Shown here: positions 11,776 through 24,854 of the stretch, one piece after another
Position numbering within the stretch: the stretch's first letter is position 1
Layout: the number at the start of each line of letters is the position of its first letter
Origin: Octopus vulgaris
Lineage: Eukaryota
NCBI GenBank assembly: GCA_951406725.2
Contig: OX597823.1
Span: 62,000,001 to 62,064,000 of the forward strand
Reading direction: 5' to 3'
Length of the DNA: 64,000 nucleotides
The notes under the pieces: generated by a model
Seen by the model: only the letters and a program-made list of their open reading frames with translations
Databases searched by the model: none
Told to the model about the DNA's origin: nothing
Translations under genes and position numbers: made by a program

Positions 11776-12822
11776 TGAACGCTTCTGAGGGGCCAGCAGC
11801 TTTTCTTATTGTCGTCATCATCAATTAATGTCCATACTCCATGCTATCATATGTTGAATGGTTTAACAGGATCTGATGTGCTAGAGGACTGCATTAGGGC
11901 TCCAGTGTTTTTGTCAGTATAGTTTGTATAGTTGGATACCCTCCCCATACAAATTTCTACTAATACTTATGGTCATATCACCTGGGTAGCTTTACAGATG
12001 AATAAGCACCAGTTTTCATCTGATCACCAAAGTTAATCACTTTTCAGTTGTCAGTCTCAGATGACTTATGAAGTGCATGGGCATAGCCCCTTCCACCAGA
12101 CCCTACAAGAAAAAAAAATGGTGGGGGTATTTTTCTGTGTCACATTAAAGAATTCTTTTTTTTTTCATCTTTAGAAACAAGTTGGTACTAAAATATTCTT
12201 CTTTTAAATAAGTGGTCTCAGTGAGTAAAACCAATATAAATACTTTGTTCCAGTAACTACTAATTGTTGCTAATTGGAGTATATTAGTTTTGAGACAATA
12301 ATAGACGAAAAAAAATCCCATAGTGGAGGAGCTATCAAAGAAACTTGCATATTTATGTGGTCTTGTTCTCTCTCTTTCTCTCTCTCTCTCACACACACAA
12401 AAATTACCATCTTAGAAAAAGAACAATTGGACACTGTTTCTGGGTGCACTTTACATGGGAAAATGGCAAAATGTTGTGGCTTCAATGCTTTGATAATAGA
12501 TCTGCTTAATCAGATCTAACCCGGAGACCATGTTTTCCCATTCTTTATTAAGTCCTATCATTTAATTCTTACATCCTCATCTTTTACATTATTTCTACTG
12601 CTATGTTGTCTACTGCAGTCCCTGTAGCTTGAAGCAGCTTGCCCTTCAGGAATATTTTGTTATTGTTTATTACACCTGCTCGTACGTTCATACACACAGA
12701 CATCCGCAATCATATACAGTTTTCCTCCCAATATGAAATCAATAGCAGTACTTTTAAACAGCAAATTTAAATGAATAGAATAAAGATGTTTTTGTGTAAA
12801 GGAAAGAAACAAAACAAATAGC

Positions 12823-12823
<1 letters not shown>

Positions 12824-12863
<40 letters not shown>
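12824..12863. repeat. (AAT)n microsatellite
   Basis: Direct reading. Confidence 0.95.
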
Positions 12864-12866
<3 letters not shown>

Positions 12867-13740
12867 AGAAAAAGTGAAAACAAGTTAGAATTGTTAATTG
12901 CCTGCTTTCTGTTGCTTAAAAATAGGAATACTTGTGTCTTTATTGTCAGCTCATTCAGGCATGTCATTTCTACTTAAAATCAATATTTTCTACAGAAATA
13001 TTTTATGTAAGAAAAAGTAATGTGGAGGAGGAAAGTGTTGTAGCACTGATGATAGTCTTGTTGAAAGTAAAAAATAAAAGAGCCATTTAAAAATAGGTGA
13101 ATGTAGTATGATTGAAACATATGCAAACATCATTATTTTATAGAACTCTTAGATCTGTCCTCTCTTGCTTTCTTTCTTTCTTTCTTTCGATATTTTAATT
13201 TCAATTTGCTACCCATCCAATTGCATTTTAACTTCTTACTCTAAATGAAATTTAGTTTCTTTTTATTTGGAAATTTCTAATTGATAACAGTTAAATTGTT
13301 TTGTAAAAAAGAACAACAAGGATATTGTTTTAGTTAATTCAATTGAAATTACATTTATTTTTCGTAATATTAATTCCACATTGATCATTGTGATTGCTTT
13401 AATGGCTGATAGTCCATTACTGCACAGACTGGATAGCTCTGTTATACAATACAGGATGGGTTTTTTTCCCTCTCTATTCAGAGGTTTGGGTTTCATTGAT
13501 AGGGCTACCTTTTGTGTCTCAGGAGCAAGTCTGTTATGTTTATCTTGGAGCCAGAATTAGGAAAGTTGATCCACCAAATTGAAATCCTTATCCACTCCAC
13601 TTATCTTAGTATGTATGCATGAAGGTAGGTTCTGAGTTGCAGCCAGAGATTTGTATCTTGGTTTTCAAAAGTATACAGAAGGATACATATCTTCTAGAAG
13701 CTCACAGGCTATGTGACTTTTCCTAATACTTTTTATAGAT

Positions 13741-13768
13741 CCAAGCAAAACCAGGTATTGCTGCTAGT
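13741..13768 (+). mobile_element. Possible degenerate Helitron 3' terminus
   Basis: CCAAGCAAAACCAGG (decayed hairpin) + TATTGCTG + CTAG|T resembles the hairpin-CTRR|T Helitron end; no 5' end identified. Confidence 0.3.
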
Positions 13769-13929
13769 TTTCATTATTTTCTCAGCATCAAAGAGCAGTG
13801 AATAGCAAAAGAAGAAAATAGAAGAAAATGGCTTGTAGTATTTACTTATTCAGTTCTATATTTAAGAGTTGAGGAATTATGTACATTATTTACATTTGAT
13901 GGATATTTGTCCTCATCTTGTTTGTTGTT

Positions 13930-13972
13930 AACACGTTTTGGCTGATATACCCTCCAGCCTTCATCAGGTATC
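13930..13972 (-). ncRNA. Second degenerate hammerhead copy (sense pLTR)
   Basis: Minus strand: GATAC CTGATGA A GGCTG GAGGGTATAT CAGCC AAAA CGTGTT; perfect stem II, but GAAA is changed to AAAA. Confidence 0.55.
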
Positions 13973-14011
13973 TTGGTTCTCATTCGTAAGATATATTTCG
14001 ATGTTATTATT

Positions 14012-14087
14012 CAGGTCACTGCCTGGAATCGAACTCGGAATCTTGGGGTTAGTAGCCTGTACTCTTAACCACTACGCCATTTAGGGC
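14012..14087 (-). ncRNA. tRNA-like Pol III cassette (pseudo-tRNA / SINE head) in the PLE 3' UTR
   Basis: Minus strand: A-box TGGCGTAGTGG, anticodon-loop-like CTACTAA, B-box GAGTTCGATTCC; acceptor stem is imperfect. Confidence 0.7.
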
Positions 14088-14524
14088 TTATAAATCTGAT
14101 ACTTTCCTATCCTTCCTTAATCCCGGTTCCCATATGCTATTCATATATGCTCTCGGTCTGCTTACGTGGTTGTTGTGTCCTAGCCTATGTGCTGCTTCTT
14201 TTCGGATTTTCCAGTGGTGTCCTCTATCTATCATTTTAACTTCATCCCACAGAGGGAGGTAGTCTCCATTTTTCCATACATGATCAGCTATACCCGATTT
14301 ATCAATATCTCCTCATGTCACAGGTTTGCAATGTTCCCTACCTTTATTTTGAGGGGGCAGCATGTTTCGCCTTTGTATAACCTACCATAGCTGCATGGGA
14401 TGGAATACATGCAGTTTTGTTGTCATATTCTCTTTTATTGGTGGTTTTACTTGAAGGAGATATTTGCAAAGTGAATACTGTCCTGATGTCATATGGGCCG
14501 CATATCTTTTGTATCTTTTCCGAA
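14088..14524 (-). pseudogene. Penelope-type GIY-YIG endonuclease C-terminal remnant (frameshifts, internal stop)
   Basis: Manual translation: SEKIQKICGPYDIRTVFT / LCKYLLQVKPPIKENMT / NCMYSIPCSYGRLYKGETCCPLKIKVGEH..DKSGIADHVWKNGDYLPLWDEVKMID..KEAAH; fits the VY-x-I-x-C...Y-x-GET...EH pattern. Confidence 0.85.
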
Positions 14525-14567
14525 GACACCTGATGAAGGCTGGAGGGTATATCAACCGAAACGTGTT
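14525..14567 (+). ncRNA. Degenerate minimal hammerhead motif in the inverted pLTR
   Basis: GACAC|CTGATGA|A|GGCTG-GAGGGTATAT-CAACC|GAAA|C|GTGTT; stem I is GACAC/GTGTT; stem III and the cleavage triplet appear to be missing. Confidence 0.6.
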
Positions 14568-15339
14568 AATAACAAACAAGATGAGAACAAATATCCATAA
14601 AATGTAAATGATGTATTTACTTATTGTTCTTTACATTCCCAGTTCAACTCCTCTGATGTTTACTTCATTTTCTCCAGCCATCTGGGTTTGATAAGGTTTT
14701 ACTGTAGCCTTCATAAGTCCTTAATTTTATGTTGGGTGTCTTTGTCAATCATATCAATGTAACTGAGTGTAGTCTTTATCCTTTTATTGAGGTGCAGAAG
14801 TCTGCAAAATATAATATCTGATATGGCTTGATGTTTAACATGATAGCAATGGCCAGTGAAGCCTACGTTGCATTGAGCAACAATAGTAGAAATGGACAGA
14901 ATGCATCCATAAATCTCCACTTTGGATTTGTACTCAGACCAAGAGATGTTTTGAGCCCTCTTGAGAAACTTGGTATATTACCTACACAGTAATCTTGAAG
15001 CTCTTTTTTAATAATACATTTTATCTTAATATTGAGTATAATACTTTAAAGTGTTAAGAATGAAAATGCTAGACCACCCAATCACGGGAAATCTCACATG
15101 GTTGTCAAATGCACAAGATGTCATTTGCAAAACAAAAACTGTTCTTCCTCTTTGGGACAAGAAACTACTTGAGAACCTTGCAACAACTAATATACAAAGG
15201 TGAGACTCTTGATGGACACATTTCAGAATGTAGTCTGAAGTGCACCATTTATTTTAATAAAAAAAAAAGTAGGATGTATGGTCATGTCTGAAATGGCTTT
15301 GATCATTGGTTTAAACACTGAGCTTCCCAGGGAAGATGA

Positions 15340-15810
15340 ATGATTAAGTTGACCTCAGGTGGATTTGAACTTGGAAAACAAAAGAGTGTAACCAAATATT
15401 CTTTTTTACTTTAAGCACAAAGCTCGAAATTTTGAGGGAGGGTGCCAGTCGATTAGGTTGACCGTAGTACACAACTAGTACCTAAGTTATTGACCCCAAA
15501 AGGATGAAAGACAAAGTTGACCTCAGCGGAATTTGAAATTAGAATGTAAAAACAGACAAAATACCGCTAAGCATTTCACTTGGTGTGCTAACGTTTCTGC
15601 CAGTTCACTGCCTTAGTGTAACCAAAAATTGTAATTTTTTCTGGTATTCTGTCAATTCTGCAATAATGTTGGCACAAGCCAGCAATTTTTTAAGGGTAGT
15701 GAGTTTGTCAATTACACTGACTCCAGTACTCAACCTGTTTTTTTTAAATATTTTATTGACCCCAAAAGGATGAAATGCATAGTTGACCTCAGCAGTATTT
15801 GAACTCTGAT
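15340..15810 (-). mobile_element. Tandem cluster of SINE A copies
   Basis: Repeated GACCCCAAAAGGATGAAA..AAGTTGACCTCAGCGGAATTTGAA blocks (reverse of the SINE A core) at ~15350, ~15495-15540 and ~15760-15805. Confidence 0.8.
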
Positions 15811-15988
15811 CATGTAGATGCCACTCTGCATTTATTCTGGTATGCTAACAATTCTATTTATCACTACTTTGCTTATGGCGATAAATACTTATGTCTAGTT
15901 TCATTTCAGTGGAAAATTAGACATGTGTTTTTCTTACAACAAAATCAAAACACATACCTACGAGAAAACTTTAATTGCATATTTAAAT

Positions 15989-16044
<56 letters not shown>

Positions 16045-17699
16045 TACATACAAATTCACTACTGTGGTGAATATAACATTATGTCAATATTTATCACATC
16101 AACCTACTTCAAAGAAACAAACCTTAGTTTGATCACATATTCATGGTCATATATAGATGCAGTCTCAGTTTCTCTAATAAAACATAATGCTGCAGTTTTG
16201 AAGGATGAAAGAGTTGGGGAAAAAAGCAGGCTATAACAGGAATCAGTTTTAAAGAGTCAGATTCAGATATATATCATGTAGTTCCTCTATATTGTTTGGT
16301 CACATTTTAGAGAAATTGTTGCAGCCGGAAGTAGGCTTTCATATCTGTTATTCAATATTACGAGAGATATTATAGCTCTTACACAGTAGTGTTGCACATT
16401 ATTATTATTCATTCATTCATTCTCATCTTTATTTTCCATTCAGCTGTTCCAATATTTTGTCTATTGCTTTTTCAAGCCGTCTTATCAAATAGATTTGTTT
16501 TTTTATGGTGGTGGTGATGGTGGTATTTTATTTTTTTCTTTTGGTTGTGTTTGCATATCAAGTAATTCATTCGCAATTCATTATATATGTTGCCTGGCAT
16601 GATTTCAGCCAAAACTTCATGCAAATTTTTACAATCATATGCAATTACAGCCTTGACAAATCATATAGTTTCCTGCCTCTTTTCTGTTCCATTTCCATCA
16701 CAGATACAGTCAATCAATATTATTTTGTGCTCTATAACTAGCTGCATATCAGGCAAAACATATTTATATTCAGTATTCTATACATATTAAATTGGTACTA
16801 AATTGAACTGTCCCTTTATGCTAGAATTTCTTTTAACCTTTATTTTTTTTATATAGTAGAGACTGAACTCTTTTATGACCAAAGCTGGATAACTTTGAAT
16901 GAAAGTTTTTTCTAAAGAAATTTGTAATAAGTATTCTATATATGTAATCTATGTAGATAAGTGATTTTCAATCATTCTTTTCCAATGTTAATTGGCTTGT
17001 ATTGGTAAAAGACTTATACATAATTACAATAGTAGAAATTACTTTTCCTAAATGTAAATGTAAAAGATGTGGATAATCTTGGGACATATTTGATTGTATC
17101 AAAGCAATATGAACTTTTTGTTGATAATGGCTGATTTAATTCACTCTGTGAAGTTTTGCTTTCATCTCTTGACCTTTTTGATGTGACAGCTAAACCAATC
17201 ACTCCCAAGATTTAGAAATTTAAATAGATCTTAAATGAAAATCAAATACTCACTTTTGGCTGTTGCCTCTATGATGGTCTGTTTAATCTAGTCTGACTGG
17301 GCTTCTTCCATCAATAATGGTAACAATCATTAATTCAATGGAGCAATCATTTAATGACTTTCAGATTATATACAGTTATCATTGAAGGTGAGTTTTCAGT
17401 TAGCCCAGTCTATATGCAAGATCCCAGCTAAGACTACAATCTCTTTTCTATACACATTGTAGCTTTTTCAATTCACTTACCTATCTAATCTATTTCAGGA
17501 AAGCTTGAATACCAGACAGTTTAATTTTCCTTCTTGTATATATAAGACAATATTTTGTTAACCTTTAACAGTCGTGTTCCTAATGAATGGCAATTATTTA
17601 TATTTCTGTTTCTCATTTATGAAAACTGTTGCTTATTTTAATTATGTATTTTCTGTTGTCTATTAACATCTAAAAGAATTAATATTTAAATATTGGTCT

Positions 17700-17930
17700 G
17701 ACCATATTTCTAATATGTTTCAATTAACTTTTAAAATTGAGAATTTGGAGAGATTTAGTAAAATAACTTTCTTTCAATATTAAGATGGTGTTTGTAACTT
17801 ATTTTAACAAAAGTTTCTAACATAAAATCATGATGGAAGGTTTTAATTCTAATATGAATATTTTGAAATGAGAAACTTTGTATTTAGAGACCCAAAGGAG
17901 GTCTTTGACATTTTGTCATCAAAATAGTTA
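17700..17930 (+). mobile_element. piggyBac-type MITE family D2, degenerate
   Basis: ACCATATTTC...ATTTAGTAAAATAACTTT...GATGGAAGGTTTTAATT...TCAAAATAGTTA; colinear with 58720-58940 and 61909-62122. Confidence 0.6.
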
Positions 17931-19399
17931 GAATTTTTTTTTAACTAGATGGTAAAGTGTAAGAGGGCAAAATTATCATCAGAAAAGTTAACCTTTAAAG
18001 TTTGGAATAGATATGAAAAAGATAAAACAAACAGTAGTAGAGAGACAGATGGCAGTTCCTCACCATGGATGCTGTTAACTTGTTTGAATGAATTAAAGAA
18101 TAAAAGGATATTTATGCAAGTCCATCAGTGAGTTTACATAAATATCTTTCATTGGGTTAGTTAGTATATTAACATGTTAACCACCACAGCCTGTTAATGG
18201 AACTTACTGGTGACAGCCTGTATTTCATGCAGTGATACTGCATACTGTTTAATTACAAGGAAATGTAACTTTTTTACATTTTTGCTATATTTCATAATTA
18301 AGCTTTAATATTTAGCACTCATTTTACTTAAATATCCTTGAAACCATGTCAAAGATACAGAATAAAATATTTTCTCAAATTCTGGAATTGTACTACTGGT
18401 GGTACATATGGTAGTTATGTGAAGTTTGCAATGAACCACTGGTAGTACATGTAACAGTTAACATGTTAATTCTTTGTAAGGTGATTTGTCAGGCTGTATT
18501 TGGTTGTGAGTCTTTATGTTCTGATTTTAAATCCCAGCAAGTTCGGTTTTGTCCTTTTACCCTCACTAAAACAAAGTACTGATCAAGTACTGGACCATTT
18601 CATTCTATAACCACATCCCAAATTTATGGCCTTGTTCTAATGTTACATCATCATCATCCGTTGTGTAACTTTGTCCATGTCTATTGTTGTTTACATCAGT
18701 TGTCAAAACCAGTGTTGTGTTTGTTACATTCCTTTATGCCATGTAACATAACACTTCAAGAAATAGATTAATGAAGTAATAGATTAAAGTAAAAATTGGG
18801 AATCAATTCTTAAAGGCAGTGTCCCAGCCTGCACTTCTACCTTTCATCAAATAAATGAGACCTGTAAAAGAACAGAAACATCATTTCAGACAACCAACAA
18901 GGGAAACACATAATCATTATGTATTCAGTGTAGATCTTATTAAAAAGTTAAACAAGTTTCCTTTATGGTAGGTAGCTTAGTTTACAAATAATATTTATTT
19001 GATATAAGATCATTAATCAACCATAAATATTTCATGGTTGTATCTTCAGTCAAGCTGACATCCTTGCTGTATTGTTGCTCTCAGACAGTATATTAGTTCT
19101 CAGACTTTATTATCAATTTTTCCTCCTCTCTTGATTCTTATCGTTTGTTGTTTACTGTTGTTATACAGATATCATTTGTTATGTCTCATATTACATCATC
19201 ATTGTGTTTTCAATCTATGAATTTTTTTTCCATTTTGTCTACTTTCTTAACAAAGACTGTAGGAAAAAAGAAAGCCATAACAAGAGACATTCAATTGTGT
19301 GGTTCTCTTTTTTAAAGAAAGTTTTTTATGCCTACTAGTAGCTTGTATCTTCTCTGTCGTCTTATAAAATTATTAAAATAACATTATTATTAATAATAA

Positions 19400-20500
19400 T
19401 TTGCTTTTAGCCTATATGTTTGATAATCACTTGGCAGGTTATACCCAGCACCCTAGGGCAAGTGAAGGGTAAGAGATGTTTAGATGTAATTGAAAGTTTG
19501 TGATGGGAAAGTGGGGGAGAATTACAGAAGCACATTCATATAATACAACGCAACACAAAGCATTTAATTCAAGTTAAGATTTCTCCAAGGATGTATGCAG
19601 TACTTGTCAACACAATCTTTTGGGGTTTTTTGAGTGATGGGTCACCTGGGATGTTTTCTAGATGTTTCTGACACTCCCCTTTTTTTATTTATTATAGCCA
19701 AGAGTACCTACAATAACAGGGATGGTTTTTGTTTCAATTTCCAGATCCTCGTATCTACTTATTTTGTCAAGTTTTTTTCATAGATATATTCTTAGCAGCA
19801 AGGACATTTATATCTATAAGTTTACAAGTGTTTTCTTTCTCTGTCTTTAATAATTATGTCTGGTTAGTTAGTCTGGAGTATTCTGTCAGGAAAATCCTAG
19901 GGGCAATAACATCTTCACTTTCAGCCACTGGCTTGAGATGGTGTTGATTTGCAGGAGTGTTGATTTAGCAATGCTTACATATTTTTTATTGTCCTACCAC
20001 ATCATAGCAATTCTTATCTTCATTTGGTTGTAGCTCAGGACGGCCTGAAACAAGATAGTCTATTGTTTCATCAAATTTGTTGCAGCATCTATATTTTGGG
20101 TCTGTACCATCTCTACAAATAGTTGCTTGGCAATTTCTGGTAAACAAGCTTTGGTCTTATGCTGTCTTTAGTCTCTGCTTTCAATCCTTAACTCCCCAGC
20201 CACTGATGGTTTGTTTCTTGGTCAGCATCAGAATTTTGGCTTTGAAGAATATACTATCCATGGTCTTCTGGTTTTGCTGTTTCTCAAGTTGTTTCTGTCC
20301 ATTCTTTTCAGCAGTTTGTATGATTCTTTTTGCTTGCTTGGTGGTTATGGCTTCAATTTCTTCATCAAGTTTCCTTGCAAATTTATGTTCTTCCTTGACA
20401 ACAGTGTGAACTTTTGCTGCATTCATGTTTTTATACAAGTTTCAGCTTCCAGTCCTGTATACTAGATAAGTACCTGTTTAATTTCTATAGTGAAGGTTTT
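19400..20500 (-). pseudogene. Dong/R4-type non-LTR retrotransposon 3' remnant (CCHC knuckle + REL endonuclease)
   Basis: Minus translation: HQWLGS*GLKAET..DQSLFTRNCQATICRDGTDPKYRCCNKFDETIDYLVSG..PDIIIKD..CKLIDINV..KISRYEDLEIE..TIPVIVGTLG..QKIVLTSTAYIL; includes ORF 20181..20438; 3' end abuts a (TAT)/(TAA) run at 19383-19400. Confidence 0.85.
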
Positions 20501-20560
20501 TTTTTTATAGCAGAGTTCTAACTACATCATCATCATCATCATTTTTATTATTTCGATTAA

Positions 20561-20997
20561 GCTGGTGAACTGGCAGAATTGTTTCCACACCAGACAAAAT
20601 GCTTAATGGCATTTCTTTAGGTTTTACATTGAGTTCAAATTCTGCCATGGTTGACTTTGCTTTTCATCCTTTTGGGATCAATGAAAGAAGTACCAGTTAA
20701 GCACTGTTAATTTACGAACCCTTCCCCCAAAATTTCAGGCCTTGTGCCTGTAGTAAAGATTTTTACTATTATTATTATAAAGGCGGTGAGCTAGCAGAAT
20801 TAGTAGCATGCTGGGCAAAAGGCTTAGCAGTATTTTGTCCATCTTTTCATACTGAGTTCAAAGGTTGATTTTGCCTTTCATCCTTTGGGGTCAATAAATT
20901 ATGTACTAGTGAAACACTGGAATCGATGTAATCAACTATTGCCCTTTCCAAAAATATTTTAGGCATTATGTTTTTAGTAGAAAAGATTATTATTATT
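20561..20997 (+). mobile_element. Two head-to-tail SINE A copies with (ATT)n tails
   Basis: GGTGAGCTAGCAGAAT..GAGTTCAAA..GCCTTTCATCCTTTGGGGTCAATAAA..GTAGAAAAGATTATTATT; copies start at ~20561 and ~20782. Confidence 0.85.
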
Positions 20998-21714
20998 TTG
21001 GTATTTTCGGGTGGGAAGACATTGATTTTTCTGTACTACAACCAAGAATCATTCAGCTTCTCAACGAGTGCTCTGATTTTTCTTTGTTGCTTTCCATACT
21101 ACGTTTTTTGTTTTTTTTTTTGTTTTTTTATTTTACCTCCCCAGATATTGGCCACCTCAGGGCTTTTCTTACAAATCTTAATATGGCATTCTGTAGCCCA
21201 ATTTTTAGCATAGTTTTTGCCGTGTTCCTAATTTCTCTTGTTGTTTCTCCTTTTTTTCTCACGACTGATTGTCATTTCAGTTTCTAATTTGCCTTTGTTT
21301 ACTCCCTTGGAAATAGAAAATAAATGTTGTGTGTGTATTTTGTAGCTTTCTGTGTTAGTCTTTGTTTACATGTATTCATAGTCATACAGTTACCATATTA
21401 TAATAGTTTTTTCTAGTTGGACAAGGTCCTCTACCCCTTTGTGTTTGTGGCAAATATAATCTTGCTTAACATCAAATTGAAAGTGATTTATGCAGTTATT
21501 TTTGTTTTCTGTCTAGTCTTGCTTGTCTAATTTAGAAAATTATGACTTATTACTGAGACAGCTAGAGTTTTGATGCATATACATGCATGCATGCATGATG
21601 GCTACAACTCAATTTTGAGCAATTCTTTTGTTTGATTATTCTTTTAAACACACACAGCATTGATGTGGCTTTTCAGTTCTGTTAGAGACCTAAAAACTTT
21701 TGATAAATCTATCT

Positions 21715-21936
21715 ATGTATCTATTTATTTATCTGTGTGCCTGTCTGTATGTATGTATGTATATGTATGTGATATATATATATATATTACGCATGTGTAA
21801 ATATCGTCTATACCATATATATATGTATATAATGTGTGCGTGTATATAATATATATATAGTGTGTATGTATGTGTATATATGTATATATATATATATATA
21901 GTGTGTGTATGTATATATGTATAGTGTGTGTATATA

Positions 21937-21977
<41 letters not shown>

Positions 21978-22110
21978 TAATATATTTGTATAGTATATAT
22001 GTATTATATATATTGCTTGTTGTTTATACACCAGTCTTCATCTTTTGTTTTTCTGTAAATTTCAATGATATATATATGTATCCATATGTGTGTATGTGTG
22101 TGTTTGTTAG
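21715..22110. repeat. Compound (TA)/(TG) low-complexity tract
   Basis: Direct reading. Confidence 0.9.
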
Positions 22111-23439
22111 TCATTTATAGCAATTTCTCCCCTATTTATAAAATAACTGCCAGCATGCAGATTTTCCCATCTCTTTATTGATATTTATTCTAATATTTCT
22201 TGAACAAGAATTTATATTTGTGGAATGAAAACAAATCTTATCTGTTCTTGGTCTCTACATCACACATTCAATGATTTATCGCTGTTGACCAAGTACTGTT
22301 GCCATCGCAGTAAAGATAGTTCTTAAATTAGATGTCAGAAATTCTGGAGCAGAGAAGAGAATATTTCTTTCTTGCGAAGAGAAATCAGATACAGGAAAAG
22401 TTGCAGAAGTTCCCACAAATGATGATTCCACTGGGAAATAAAACTATAGCAGCCTAAAGATATAGAGAGAGCGTGTGTGTGTCTTTGTGTCTGTGTGTCT
22501 GTGTGTAAATAAAATATATACCTGATATCCCAGTTTTTTGTTTCATTTTCTACTGTGTATGGAAATTATACTTTTACTTGGCTTTGCCTATGTCCAGTTT
22601 CTTGTCTGTCTGTTTGTCTCCTTCTCTTGTTTGTTCTCATTCCCTCTAAGTATCTGTATAAGCAGAGATACATTATGTATGTTTATGAGTCTTTCCAACT
22701 CTTATGTAGTGATCTATCCAGCTAGGTTAATATATACTTTTCTCTCTGTTTATGCATCTATTTATTTCAAGCTAGCTAGCTATACATCTATCTAACCATC
22801 CACTCACATTATATTCATGATGATGATTATTAAGATGTCATATTTATCATGGAATACTAGTTAACTTTCTTGCCCAGATAAAGGTTACACAATAGACTTT
22901 CTCATACAGTTTACCCTTCTTTTTTTCGCTCTCTCCCTCTCTCTCCATCCATCCGCCCTTTCTTCCTTACTTCTCCCCCTCTCTGAAGACGAGCTAATGT
23001 TTCAGGTTGTTAGTCCTTCAATTTTGTAGGGTTCACACTTTTCCTCTTCTCTTTTTGTGCTTTGTTTAAAAACAGAGTACCATTTTACAGTTTAGAACAT
23101 TAAGACTATTTGTTAAAAAAATAATAAATCAAGTATCAAGATGTTTTCATTCTGTATATTATTTCACTTTAGCAAAACAAGGGTCCGTTTAATGAAGACA
23201 CTGCTGCTTAAGAACGGGATTAATTTCTATGGCGTCAGTATCCCTTTAGAGACAGTCTGCCCTAAATAGTTTTAAACTGGAATGACTTCTAAATTCAGTA
23301 TTCATATAATCTTTTGACTGGGCATTCTGCCGTTTTTTTTTATGGCGAGTAGATAATTTTTTCATATCTATTGCAAGTGAAATTCTCAAGAATCTAATAA
23401 CTATCTAACTCTTAGAGGAACTGGGTGGAGTTTATTCAT

Positions 23440-24165
23440 TTTTTACCTTTTGCTTGTTCCAGTGAGCGGCCATACTGGGGCACTACCTTGAATGGTTTAG
23501 TCAACCAAATCAACCCTGGTACTTATTCTGAGTCTGGTACTCATCTGATTGGGTCTCTTTGTTGAACTGCTAAGTTACTGGGACATAAACTAACATTTGT
23601 TGTCAAGCAGTGCTGAAGGACAAATATACAAAGAGGTAAACTTGCAGAATTGTTAGCATGTCGAACAAAAAATGCTTAGCTGCATTTCTTTTAACTTTAC
23701 ATTCCAAGTTCAAATTCCACCAAGGTCATCTTTGCCTTTCATCCTTTTAGTGCTGATAAAATTAGTACCAGTCGAGTACTGAAGTTGATGTGATTAAGCT
23801 CCCTCCTCCCAAATTTCCGGTCCGGTGCCTACAATGGAAAGAAGAAAAAAATTAGGCACAATGCTGCATAAACCAAAAGAACTAAAAATAAATTTAAATA
23901 TTACAAGACCTCACTAAGAGTTAATTAAAAATGAGAATTTAAACACAGTCTTTCTGAGCAGATAATGGAGGGAAGGAGTCTCCAGTTTGCACAAGATTTT
24001 CAAGTGTATGAGTATCTTTGCTCAGTTTACTTCTACCAAATTCTATTCACAAGGTATTGGTCAACTTGAATTTATGGGAGAAAATACTTGTACCAAGTGC
24101 TATTAGTAGAATTGAACCAAGAATAATGAGTTTGTAGAATCAACTACTTAATCACACAGCCATTG
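23440..24165 (-). mobile_element. SINE B (minus) split into a 3' part (23440-23625) and head (24020-24165) by a plus-strand SINE A (23635-23840)
   Basis: GGCCATACTGGGGCACTACCTTGAA and TTCTACCAAATTCTATTCACAAGG..CACACAGCCA are reverse SINE B; the SINE A core lies between them. Confidence 0.65.
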
Positions 24166-24206
24166 CTTATACCATATCTATCTTCTTCAACAGATTATAA
24201 TAATAA

Positions 24207-24755
24207 TGATGCAGTACCAGGCAGTGGCTCTCATGGCTTCTGATCTTAATTGATTGGAAGTGTTATCATATGCATTGTTTTTTCTTGGTATAAAAGATGG
24301 GCTACAGCAAATATTCTGCTCAGTACCACAGATTTGCTTGTCAGTTGTTTGACCTTAGCCAGTTGAGCATGTTCCTTAGTGGCTGACAATATGTGCATCT
24401 CTGATCATGAGCAGAAGTAGTGGGGAAACGTCATAGCCATGTGTTGAGAGGAATTTTTTGGAGTTTGGACAATTCATCTTTGGAAACAAGGGTGTTTCAT
24501 TCAGCATCATTAGACAACCCTTATTCAGGTACTTTTTGAGTGGATGGGTTACTTAACCTGAAGAAAATTCTAACTGAGCCCCACCTGCAAGGTCATGCAC
24601 TGTTTATCTTGATATGGGATCATAATGTTGCTCACATATTGTTGTTATGCATGTGCCTGGTGTACCCTTATCAGATGGGTAGTCATGATGGGTTTACTAG
24701 ATTTCGTATATTTTACCCCAGTGTCACTTTGATGGCATGCACTCTTCTCTCACTC
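24207..24755 (+). mobile_element. Interspersed repeat 'H' (~550 bp) embedded in (AAT)n
   Basis: Second copy at 85-346; (AAT)n on both sides (24197-24207, 24756-24767); no tRNA head or coding potential recognised. Confidence 0.75.
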
Positions 24756-24854
24756 AATAATAATAATTCTTTCTACTATAAGCACAAGGCCTAAAATTTG
24801 GGGGATTTTGTCAGCTCACTGCTTTATTATTAATAATAATAATAATAATAACGA

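Larger units (their letters stand above)
13851..14612 (-). mobile_element. 5'-truncated Penelope-like retroelement with inverted pseudo-LTRs
   Basis: ~13886-13976 and ~14522-14612 are inverted repeats; left copy has an extra tail from 13851; flanked by direct repeat GTATTTACTTATT (13838-13850, 14613-14625); GIY-YIG remnant inside; sits in a SINE A-like sequence. Confidence 0.88.

Noticed and set aside
14012-14087. Functional tRNA gene
   Set aside because: Acceptor and anticodon stems pair poorly, there is no oligo-T terminator, and it lies inside a retroelement; kept only as tRNA-like
16325-16332. ETS-like CCGGAAGT motif as a promoter
   Set aside because: A single 8-mer with no other promoter evidence
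22330-22441. Purine-rich open stretch that looks exon-like
   Set aside because: No good polypyrimidine acceptor or donor on plus, and no recognisable protein motif in any frame
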